Sequence record: NC_061447.1
Length of the DNA stretch: 64,000 bases
Strand: one strand, 5' to 3'
Notes under the pieces: model-generated
The model's input: only the letters and a program-made list of their open reading frames with translations
Told to the model about the DNA's origin: nothing
Databases searched by the model: none
Shown here: positions 9,931-17,833 of the stretch, in pieces
Numbering within the stretch: the stretch's first letter is position 1
Layout: every line of letters starts with the position of its first letter
Made by a program: the position numbers and the translations under genes

Positions 9931-10473
9931 ATGACGGATAAGATTACGCAGTTGGAGAAATGGTACGGAGCGGCGAAAGTCGCGTTTAAGATGGGCACTG
10001 TCAATCCTGATGGTGATGCAGCACTGCTTCTGGCTATTTATAAGCGATTGGCGAAAGCTGCCGAAGATTCGGGTGACAAAGACACTGTGACCGCAGATCG
10101 ATTGAATCTGCAAGAGTTCCTTGAGGATTTGCGCAAAGAACTCCGCATGTACGACCTGATCTGCCGCCGTTTCAATACTGACTTGTACCCACACATCAAA
10201 GTCAGTGAAGACGTTAAAATCTATATCGCACTCATGGCCACAACTCCAGGCAGTGCGGTAATGGCAATGACATATCTGTACCTTGCTCGCTGCTATTCGC
10301 TGCAAGACATGGTGCTGAATTTCCTGCCGAGTGGTTACCCTGGTGAAGATGCTCTTGGCCTTACGTGGAGCATTCAGAAAGGGAACAGCGATGCCTTCAC
10401 CGGAAACCTGGTGGACGATATCGAAACTGTAAATAGCCTGTACAATAAGATGTATAACTCGGGAGAGAAGTAA
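9931..10473 (+). CDS. hypothetical protein
   Basis: GAGGA SD, 180 aa. Confidence 0.7.
   Translation: MTDKITQLEKWYGAAKVAFKMGTVNPDGDAALLLAIYKRLAKAAEDSGDKDTVTADRLNLQEFLEDLRKELRMYDLICRRFNTDLYPHIKVSEDVKIYIALMATTPGSAVMAMTYLYLARCYSLQDMVLNFLPSGYPGEDALGLTWSIQKGNSDAFTGNLVDDIETVNSLYNKMYNSGEK
10427..10435 (+). promoter_or_regulatory. CTGTAAATA promoter-like motif
   Basis: 38 nt upstream of the 10473 start. Confidence 0.55.
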
Positions 10474-11066
10474 TGGATTTGTCTGCTATCGGTTACGCTC
10501 CGAAGCAGTTTCGAGTAATCCCCGTTGAGAAGGGCAATCTCGTTACTGACTTCATTCAAGGTAAGTTCCGCGTTATCGGCGTTGAGTGCAACGCTCGTGG
10601 TGCTTACGGTAGTCCCATTCAAAAGAGCATTGCACGTCGATTCCCGGAGGTTGTGCGCAAGGTCGAATCAATCGACTACGAACACGAACTCACTATCGGT
10701 AAGACGCACATGGTTCGTGTGGGTACTCAGCACCGCCGCAATCTGTTTGTGGCCAACATGCACATCGCTCGCGGTTTCGGTCTCGGCCAGAACGGTTCTT
10801 CGGAAGGTTATCACAAACCTATCAATCGTTTCAGTGAGAAGTTCCTGACGCGAGCGTTCGAAGACCTGCTGGAACAGGCAGACAAACTGAACATTGCATT
10901 GGACCGACAGATCGCTATTCAGCGTTTCTATGGCGGACTCGGCGGGGTTTCGTGGGAAGAAGTATGTGTCGTCCTTGATGCTATCTGTGAGAAGCACCAG
11001 TTCAACATGTACGCATACTTACCACGCAACTACAACACTAACTTTGTGCGGGGCGTTGCGCAATAA
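10473..11066 (+). CDS. macrodomain protein (Poa1p/DarG-like, divergent)
   Basis: KGNLV...ECNARGAYGSPIQKSIARRFP...VANM...IAIQRFYGGLGGVSW matches the macro-fold layout. Confidence 0.7.
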   Translation: MDLSAIGYAPKQFRVIPVEKGNLVTDFIQGKFRVIGVECNARGAYGSPIQKSIARRFPEVVRKVESIDYEHELTIGKTHMVRVGTQHRRNLFVANMHIARGFGLGQNGSSEGYHKPINRFSEKFLTRAFEDLLEQADKLNIALDRQIAIQRFYGGLGGVSWEEVCVVLDAICEKHQFNMYAYLPRNYNTNFVRGVAQ

Positions 11067-11078
11067 CTCTGGGGTGTA

Positions 11079-11423
11079 TTGATGAATACAATACGCGGAT
11101 TTGATTGGCTCTTTTACGGAGATGGAACCGATAGTGGCCAACACTCTATTTTAAGCGTCGTTGTTGAAGAAGCAACGAAATCAGTGCAGGTGGAAGTTAA
11201 GCCAGGAGTGGCGGTGCCTGTAATTCAAGCGATTCAGGAAAATGAAGTCCTGTACGCTCAGACGGAAGAAGGCCTGTATCGCATTCGCTATGGCTGTTCT
11301 TTCCGTACTCTGGATGCTAACGCATTCCCGAAAGACAAAACTGTTTTCCGCTTGAAGCTGATTGCATGTGACTTCCTTGCGGGTGTAACAACGCACGATA
11401 AGCTGTCGGAGTACGTGCCATGA
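11079..11423 (+). CDS. hypothetical protein
   Basis: ORF track, operon packing. Confidence 0.65.
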   Translation: MMNTIRGFDWLFYGDGTDSGQHSILSVVVEEATKSVQVEVKPGVAVPVIQAIQENEVLYAQTEEGLYRIRYGCSFRTLDANAFPKDKTVFRLKLIACDFLAGVTTHDKLSEYVP

Positions 11424-12181
11424 TAACTGTGCAGAAAATTGAAGCCCGTTTAAACAGACTGGATTATACTCGGCCCTCACCTGATCGTGAGATGCTTGAG
11501 GGACTTATGAAAGACGGACGCACTCGCATCCTCAGCAAGTCTGCTGAAAGTGATTTGTGCGCTGACTCAGATCGCTACTTTGAGTTCTGTCTTTCGCAGG
11601 TCGGCTCTTTCTGTACTGCCTCGTATAACGCTGTGGAGATTGGTCTGTCTCTCAACATCCAACCGATCTATATCGCTGCCGCTATTCATCTGTATGGCAG
11701 CGACTGGCAGTTCCGCTTCCTCGAACTTAAACGCTTCGGTCAACTGGCTAGGGGTGATTACTCGGTATGGAAGTCTGCTGACGCGTGGTTCGGTTTAGGT
11801 GAATGTCGCCGTCGTCTAGTGAGTGTTGGCACTACGTCTGAGATCTCAACTGGGCAATCTATTCTTCGCATGGCTGTACGCAAAGGCGAGATGGATAAGA
11901 TTCGTGAGATTGCTGAGGCGCACCCACATCGCATGATGTCCATTCTCGGCATGAAGCGTGAGCCACTCTATACTGATCCACGCATCGTCGCTTCAAAGAA
12001 GGCGCGTGAGAAAGCAAAAGCAGACGCGGCCGCTGCTGGTAAGAAACTGGCCGAGCCTCGCTCCTATGCAGACCTTACTCCTGCGTTCAACGGCTCTATC
12101 GCTCCACGTGACGTTACTCGTGGGTTCAGTGATCCCTCTGAAACTCGTAGTACGGTTAACGGTCGTCGTTTTCGCGTTTAA
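11420..12181 (+). CDS. hypothetical protein
   Basis: ATGA overlap, 253 aa. Confidence 0.7.
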   Translation: MITVQKIEARLNRLDYTRPSPDREMLEGLMKDGRTRILSKSAESDLCADSDRYFEFCLSQVGSFCTASYNAVEIGLSLNIQPIYIAAAIHLYGSDWQFRFLELKRFGQLARGDYSVWKSADAWFGLGECRRRLVSVGTTSEISTGQSILRMAVRKGEMDKIREIAEAHPHRMMSILGMKREPLYTDPRIVASKKAREKAKADAAAAGKKLAEPRSYADLTPAFNGSIAPRDVTRGFSDPSETRSTVNGRRFRV

Positions 12182-12190
12182 GGAAAAATA

Positions 12191-12574
12191 ATGGATAAGA
12201 AAATAATCAGTTTTCTTGTGGACAGTCTAAGCAGTGATGAAAGGGAACCTGCGGAGAAGTATGTGGGTAAAACTGCGGGACAAATAGCCAAGGAAGAGAC
12301 AGGCATTGCGTTTATCGTCAACAACGCATTCGCCATGAATCATCTTCTTTGGTTGCCTGATATGGAGCATGATTGGTTCACACCAGTCGAAGCCCTGATT
12401 CATTTATCAAGCGGTCTTATTGGTCATGTCGGCGATGTGCCTGTTTACAGCGATTGGTATTACGGTAGCCCGAGTGACCGTCAGCGGCCGTGTGATAAAA
12501 TAGCTCGCGTGGGCGTCGTCGATATTGCGGCCAATCAAATTTCTTTGCTGACTGTCGAACAATTTGCTCGCTAA
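12191..12574 (+). CDS. hypothetical protein
   Basis: AAGGA SD, 127 aa. Confidence 0.65.
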   Translation: MDKKIISFLVDSLSSDEREPAEKYVGKTAGQIAKEETGIAFIVNNAFAMNHLLWLPDMEHDWFTPVEALIHLSSGLIGHVGDVPVYSDWYYGSPSDRQRPCDKIARVGVVDIAANQISLLTVEQFAR

Positions 12575-12615
12575 CGGTAATTTCGAGCGTCAAAACAAAT
12601 AACGGAAATCCAATC

Positions 12616-13386
12616 ATGAGCAACGTTGATAAAACAATGCCGGAAGGTCGCTGGGAGTTCAATGAGCCAGTAGCTTCTGTGTTCGATAACATGCTGCAAA
12701 ACTCAATCCCATCGTATGACCGTATGCGTGACCTGACGTACCGTCTTGGTCGCCAGTTCGTAACACCTGGCTCGGCCATTGTCGATCTTGGCGCATCACT
12801 CGGTCGTGCTGTCGAACCGTTCTGTGCAGAGTTCGGCGAGTACCTGTATCTTCACGCTGCTGATCGTCCTGAGCCAGACCGTGAAGTAGGTAACCTGTAC
12901 TGCTGCTACGAAGTCGCGCCTGCGATGCTTGAGCGTCTGCGTGAAAACCCTGTGCTGAAAACGGCTAAAGCGAAGATCAGTAGTGAGTCGCTGGTGGAAG
13001 TAGACACGTTCCGCTTCGACGAGCAGGTTGAGTGCTCACTGATTCTGTCTGTGCTTACTCTACAGTTCACGCCGATTGAACACCGTCAGCACATCCTGGA
13101 GAAAGTGTACGACTCGTTGCAGAAAGGCGGCGCGTTTATTCTGGTTGAGAAAGTGTTGGGTGATGACAACTTCCTCGACCGTCTGCTGGTAGACACCTAC
13201 TACGGCATGAAAGGCGATAACGGCTACTCGCAAGAATCTATTGCGGCTAAGCGTAAGTCCCTCGAAGGCGTACTGGTGCCTGTGAAAGCTGCATGGAACG
13301 AAGAACTGCTGCGTAAAGCTGGCTTCGACCGTGTAGAGTGTTTCTACCGCGACCTGAACTTTGCTGGATGGATCGCAGTCAAATAA
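12616..13386 (+). CDS. cmoA: carboxy-S-adenosyl-L-methionine synthase (CmoA-like)
   Basis: WEFNEPVASVFDNMLQNSIPSY, DLGASLG, LTLQF, GGAFILVEK, NGYSQESIAAKRKSLE, AGF...LNF are colinear with E. coli CmoA, including the KR Arg. Confidence 0.88.
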   Translation: MSNVDKTMPEGRWEFNEPVASVFDNMLQNSIPSYDRMRDLTYRLGRQFVTPGSAIVDLGASLGRAVEPFCAEFGEYLYLHAADRPEPDREVGNLYCCYEVAPAMLERLRENPVLKTAKAKISSESLVEVDTFRFDEQVECSLILSVLTLQFTPIEHRQHILEKVYDSLQKGGAFILVEKVLGDDNFLDRLLVDTYYGMKGDNGYSQESIAAKRKSLEGVLVPVKAAWNEELLRKAGFDRVECFYRDLNFAGWIAVK

Positions 13387-13397
13387 GGTAAAACGAA

Positions 13398-14453
13398 ATG
13401 AGCGTAAGTGGTGATATTTATAACATCCCTCAACCGTTCGCCATGTATTGTGGCAACTGTGAAACTCGTGCTCAGGCAAAAGTTGCCTCAGGCACAATCG
13501 AATGGGCGGCAGAGAAAGTCTGCTGCGTTGTTGCCGACGATAACGGCCTGTTCCCTGATGTGCCTCACGTCAACATCGCAAGCGTCCATGCCACAGATGC
13601 ACGTACTCTGGTAATCGGCTGTGCACCGTTCGGCGGTAAGATTGACGAGCACATGGACCGCACTATTCGCAGTGCTATCTATCGTGGCATGAACGTCGCT
13701 GCCGCTATGCACAATCGTCTGGCTGATAATGCCGAGTACGTTGCGTTGGCCGAACAGTATAACGTCAAGCTGTATGACTTCCGCCACCGTCCTGATGCGT
13801 ACCCTCTAGGTACTGGCGAGAAGCGCAAAGGCATTCGTCTGCTAACTGTTGGCACCGATAGCTCCTGCGGTAAGAAGTTCACGACGTTGACTCTGTTTAA
13901 CGCGCTTAAGGCTCGTCATCCAGATACCGTATTCTGCTCTACTGGCCAGACTGGTTTTCTGATCAGTAACTGCGGCATCAACAACGATACGCTGGTGGCT
14001 GACTTCCTTGCAGGTGCTGCTGAGTCTTTATCTCCAGATGGTCCTGCTGATCGTGTGTATCTGATCGAAGGTCAGGGTGCTATTACTCACCCAGCGTATA
14101 CTGGCGGCAGCATGAGCCTGATTGCTGGCTCGCAGCCTGACTACTTCATCATGTGTCATGCGTGGGGCCGTAAGAACCAGCTCGGTGTTAAACGTGCGCC
14201 TGACCTGACATTCGAATTGACTGCTAACCTGGACGCAGCGGCCATTCACGGTCTTACTCCTGAGTATCTCGGTATCAGTGTCAATTTCTCTGAAAGCGAC
14301 CTGACTATCGAAGAACAAGACGATGCTATGCGCGAGATGGAGGACCTGTACTCGATGCCTGTGTTCGACCCATCGCGCGATCTGTCTTACGTTGCTGACA
14401 TTGCTGATCGACTTGAACGAGAGGCTATGTGCAGGAGCGAGTCCAATGGCTAA
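13398..14453 (+). CDS. DUF1611 family protein (DgcN-like, Rossmann plus P-loop)
   Basis: LLTVGTDSSCGKKFT, STGQTG, DFLAGAAE, IEGQGAITHPAY, GSQPD..IMCH. Confidence 0.85.
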   Translation: MSVSGDIYNIPQPFAMYCGNCETRAQAKVASGTIEWAAEKVCCVVADDNGLFPDVPHVNIASVHATDARTLVIGCAPFGGKIDEHMDRTIRSAIYRGMNVAAAMHNRLADNAEYVALAEQYNVKLYDFRHRPDAYPLGTGEKRKGIRLLTVGTDSSCGKKFTTLTLFNALKARHPDTVFCSTGQTGFLISNCGINNDTLVADFLAGAAESLSPDGPADRVYLIEGQGAITHPAYTGGSMSLIAGSQPDYFIMCHAWGRKNQLGVKRAPDLTFELTANLDAAAIHGLTPEYLGISVNFSESDLTIEEQDDAMREMEDLYSMPVFDPSRDLSYVADIADRLEREAMCRSESNG

Positions 14454-15315
14454 ACATCCTCTTCGCAAGCTGTTTGAACAGCACGTAAAGAAAGAGGTCA
14501 AAGCCAAAGAAGTGGCCGTTCTGCTTTCGAGCGGCCTCGACGGTTTGGTTAGCGCACTCGCCGCGCACGATCTCGGCATGAAGGTCCATGCCTTTACTTT
14601 CCAGATGGGCGACAACCAGAGCTTCGATAGCAAACACGCCGCAATCGTCGCACAGAAGATGGGCTGGGAGTTCACGCTCGTCAAAGTGCCTACGTCTGAC
14701 AGTGCTATCGCTCAGGGTTGGAAGACGCTACATAAAAAGTTCCGCTGCATTAAGAAGCGTGACTATGAGTGTGCGTACCCTATGGTGTATTGCTACAAGG
14801 CGATCAAAGAAGCTGGGTTTAAGTATGTGCTCAGTGGTCTGGTGGCCGACGGTTACTTCCTGTATAACCGCAATACGCACATTCAGAAAGTAAGTGGCCC
14901 GCACTCAGTCGCTGAAAAGTATCACGCGTACCGCACCGAATACTTCCGCCCGTGGATCAAAGACGGTAAGAAGTCTCTCGGTGTTGATGGGTATAACCCA
15001 AGCGGTATGCTGCAACACGAAATGCTGTGTGACCACTTCGGCCTCGTTCACGTTAACCCGTGGATGCAGCCGAAAGTATTTGATTACTTCATCAAGTACA
15101 CATGGCAGGAACTCAATCAGCCTAAGCAGAAACAACCTATTACAGAAGCATGGGCTGACCACATCGCTATTGTAGGGCATCGCCCACATCGCGGATATCA
15201 AACAGAAGCTGGAGTACCTGCGTACTTCGAACGCTTACTGGATAATCCTGAGATCAACTTCAACGGGCGCAAGCGTATCATGGATGTTGCCCGTGATTGG
15301 TCAACGAGGACGTAA
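14446..15315 (+). CDS. asparagine-synthetase-like ATP-dependent amide ligase (synthetase domain only)
   Basis: PP-loop VLLSSGLDG, AFTF, VLSGLVADGYF (cf. SGEGADE); no N-terminal Ntn glutaminase domain. Confidence 0.78.
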   Translation: MAKHPLRKLFEQHVKKEVKAKEVAVLLSSGLDGLVSALAAHDLGMKVHAFTFQMGDNQSFDSKHAAIVAQKMGWEFTLVKVPTSDSAIAQGWKTLHKKFRCIKKRDYECAYPMVYCYKAIKEAGFKYVLSGLVADGYFLYNRNTHIQKVSGPHSVAEKYHAYRTEYFRPWIKDGKKSLGVDGYNPSGMLQHEMLCDHFGLVHVNPWMQPKVFDYFIKYTWQELNQPKQKQPITEAWADHIAIVGHRPHRGYQTEAGVPAYFERLLDNPEINFNGRKRIMDVARDWSTRT

Positions 15316-15316
15316 C

Positions 15317-15937
15317 ATGTTAGTACACATCATTGACGGTGGCGTAGGCTGCAATTATGTAGCTGAGAAATTGCGTGAGTCGAATATCAACTGTCGCACT
15401 CATGCTCCAAACAATCCGCGCATTCGCGCTCAGTATGCTCCTTATCCTTCACTGTCTATGGGCTTTGAGGCACAGGAGATCGAGAAACATATCGGTAACG
15501 TGCTGGGCACCTATCGCGGACTGTTCCTGATCAGTAGTTACGTCGGCTCTCTTGTTGCACGTAGCATGATTGATCAATGCGGCCAGAGCCATAACATCAT
15601 CTATTGTGATGACTTGCAGTGTGGCTCAACGCCTGTTGTTGCTTCCTCAATTTCTGTAAACATCTACAAGAAGCAACGGCAACTCGGACGCATCGCTGGG
15701 CGCATCAAACACTTCGACCTTGACCACGAATTTATTATCGCTGATAAGTCAGTGCGGTTCGCGTCAGGCTTGGAGTTTGATGAACGCGGCGCGCGTGAAG
15801 AACTGGACGATACGCCTAAGTTCTTATCGAGTCCGTCAATGATTGTTGCAGCACACAAACTCGGTGTGAAGCGCAGCATGTATCACAACTATGCAGGGTT
15901 GGTGCGAGAGTTCCTTGAAAAGCGCCAGCAGCAATAA
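15317..15937 (+). CDS. divergent Asp/Glu racemase (MurI)-like protein
   Basis: IIDGGVG (cf. VFDSGVG), APYPSLS (cf. FPYGEKS), LISSYVGS where MurI has VACNTAS; catalytic Cys residues not evident. Confidence 0.45.
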   Translation: MLVHIIDGGVGCNYVAEKLRESNINCRTHAPNNPRIRAQYAPYPSLSMGFEAQEIEKHIGNVLGTYRGLFLISSYVGSLVARSMIDQCGQSHNIIYCDDLQCGSTPVVASSISVNIYKKQRQLGRIAGRIKHFDLDHEFIIADKSVRFASGLEFDERGAREELDDTPKFLSSPSMIVAAHKLGVKRSMYHNYAGLVREFLEKRQQQ

Positions 15938-15949
15938 CGCGAGGGCACG

Positions 15950-16213
15950 ATGATTAATCGCTTTCAGTTAAAACGAGTTCCAGTGATTGAAGCCTGTCAG
16001 TGGAACGGTGAGAACGTTGAGGAGATGAATAACTTTCTCAACGGCAGCGGTTACGTTGTAGGGCGTTACGTTCAAATCGGTGTGACTGACCAGTACGGCA
16101 AGCCCACTCTTGCGAACGTGGCAGTTGGCAACTATGCAATAAAACGCGAAGATGGTAAGTTCGATGCACTCACAGCATCCGAGCTGCACACCAACTACGT
16201 GTTGGCAGATTGA
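15950..16213 (+). CDS. conserved phage hypothetical protein
   Basis: IEACQWNGEN...GNYAIKREDGKF pattern common in phages. Confidence 0.7.
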   Translation: MINRFQLKRVPVIEACQWNGENVEEMNNFLNGSGYVVGRYVQIGVTDQYGKPTLANVAVGNYAIKREDGKFDALTASELHTNYVLAD

Positions 16214-16217
16214 GGGC

Positions 16218-16676
16218 ATGATGAACCTGTTTTCTATTTTAAAACAGCAAGTGAAAAAAGCGCTATCGACCGAAGCGAATCACGAGCCTGAGATTCGTTC
16301 GTTGTTCGACTGGCGTTACTCTGTGGAAATCAAAGGCCAGATGTATATCGTCGGCAAGACTGGCGCTAACACCTGCTTCTATATTGAGCCAGGTACTTCT
16401 GAGCCTATCGCTTGTTACCCTGATGCGTTACTCGAAAAGATCGACGAGTGGGGAGCGAGCAAGTACGTGTCGTATTCGATCTTCTTTAAACGCTTCGATA
16501 GCCCTGTCGCCGAGAACATCAAAACTCTCGAAAAGGCAATGAGCGGTAAGCCTAAGTCATTTAAGAAAGGCTACTTCATCTGTGGCGTGACGCCTAAAGG
16601 TAAGCGTGAGAAACTCTATCGCTTGCAGCAAGGTCTGTCAGGTATGCAGTGGGTAGCTGTGGAGAAACAAGCATGA
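16218..16676 (+). CDS. hypothetical protein
   Basis: GAGGG SD before ATG 16218. Confidence 0.65.
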   Translation: MMNLFSILKQQVKKALSTEANHEPEIRSLFDWRYSVEIKGQMYIVGKTGANTCFYIEPGTSEPIACYPDALLEKIDEWGASKYVSYSIFFKRFDSPVAENIKTLEKAMSGKPKSFKKGYFICGVTPKGKREKLYRLQQGLSGMQWVAVEKQA

Positions 16677-16882
16677 GTAAGCGCATTCAATTCCTTTTGT
16701 CCTGTAGCGCGTTTGTCTCAGGCTTGTTCCTGACTCTGGTGATCTTCGCTCTGATCGTGTTCAACGCGGTTATGGACATATCGAAGGAAGTAACCACGCC
16801 GCTGTTGATCGTTCTCGTTGTCTGTTTTATTAACAACATGTCAACGGTGTTCTTGATGCGGACCAACAACTCTAAATCGTAA
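16673..16882 (+). CDS. small membrane protein (2 TM)
   Basis: Two hydrophobic stretches; GGAG SD. Confidence 0.65.
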   Translation: MSKRIQFLLSCSAFVSGLFLTLVIFALIVFNAVMDISKEVTTPLLIVLVVCFINNMSTVFLMRTNNSKS

Positions 16883-16911
16883 CGCACGGTCTGTCCGTGT
16901 GAGGAGCAAGT

Positions 16912-17205
16912 ATGATTAGTGACATTACAGTCGGCCATATCTACAAGTCGCATAGCGACAAGCCATTTATTGTTGACTGCATTGCTGCACACGGACAGGA
17001 TTGCTCACTACCTATGGTTGTCTATCGTAATCTCGAACCTACGTCAGACAGACCTGCTGATAGCGTGTGGGTAATCCCAGAATCGTTGTTTGTGATGCAG
17101 TTCTCTGAGTACGAATCAGGAGAGCACCATGAACACAACGAGCTTGTATCGTCATCTGGAATCAAGGGGATTTGCTCCTTCTTCCTATCACTGTTGGCTA
17201 AGTGA
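16912..17205 (+). CDS. DUF1653-like SH3-fold protein
   Basis: IYKSHSDKPFIV...MVVYRNL...VWVIPESLF. Confidence 0.6.
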   Translation: MISDITVGHIYKSHSDKPFIVDCIAAHGQDCSLPMVVYRNLEPTSDRPADSVWVIPESLFVMQFSEYESGEHHEHNELVSSSGIKGICSFFLSLLAK

Positions 17206-17645
17206 AACGCAAATGACCGTGCCTCTGTTTGGCTTTGATCGAGCCATGCGCGGTCTACAGGTCTACACACCAGATGCACCAAAGCACGATAAGAACCCAA
17301 AAGAGTGTCGCTACTTCACGCGGGCATTCGGTGGCAAGCAGTTGGTGTGGGGATCGGAAATTAAACCTGAACGGGTCGACCGTATTCTTAACTGAGTCTG
17401 TGTTCAAGGCATGTGCTCTGCATCGCGTTGGACTTAACGCTTGGTCCGTTCTAGGCTCGGATGTTAGTCTGCACCTTTACCATCAGTTGCGTCTTCTCGG
17501 TCTACGCTTCGTCTGTCTTGGTGACAACGATGCAGCAGGTGAAAAGTTTAGTCAGACGTTTGGACTAGGCACCACCAGCAAAGACCTTGATGAAATGACT
17601 GACAGTGAACTTCTCGATCTAACTCTCCCATTCGTGAGGAAGTAG
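17129..17645 (+). pseudogene. Toprim/primase-like gene split by a frameshift near 17360
   Basis: The N-half frame ends ...VWGSEIKPERVDRILN*; the next frame continues LNLNGSTVFLTESVFKA...VLGS...GDNDAAG (Toprim E and DxD motifs). Confidence 0.65.
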
Positions 17646-17668
17646 CTCTGAAAACTTTCTGCGTGATA

Positions 17669-17833
17669 ATGTATGTCATCTGCATCATCTTTATTGTGCT
17701 TGCAGTTGGCACTCTTGTACTGAATCTTTGGTTGAAGTGGGACCCTTCCTGCAATCTATCAATTGTTGGACTTATCGCTGTGGGTTTCTGTAACTTCATG
17801 GTCTTTCGTTATCTCCTTAAAGGATGTTCGTAA
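17669..17833 (+). CDS. small 2-TM membrane protein (54 aa, not in ORF track)
   Basis: MYVICIIFIVLAVGTLVLNLWLKWDPSCNLSIVGLIAVGFCNFMVFRYLLKGCS; TAATG coupling. Confidence 0.65.
   Translation: MYVICIIFIVLAVGTLVLNLWLKWDPSCNLSIVGLIAVGFCNFMVFRYLLKGCS

Noticed and set aside
12616-13386. CmoA as a tRNA cmo5U auxiliary gene
   Set aside because: No cmoB or tRNA genes are seen in this window, and the GR-type DNA MTase offers a more direct Cx-SAM consumer. Not excluded for the rest of the genome.
14446-15315. QueC (7-deazaguanine pathway) call for the PP-loop protein
   Set aside because: It lacks the QueC C-terminal Cys zinc cluster, and no queD, queE, folE or dpdA is in the window. The SGxxADG motif fits AsnB better.
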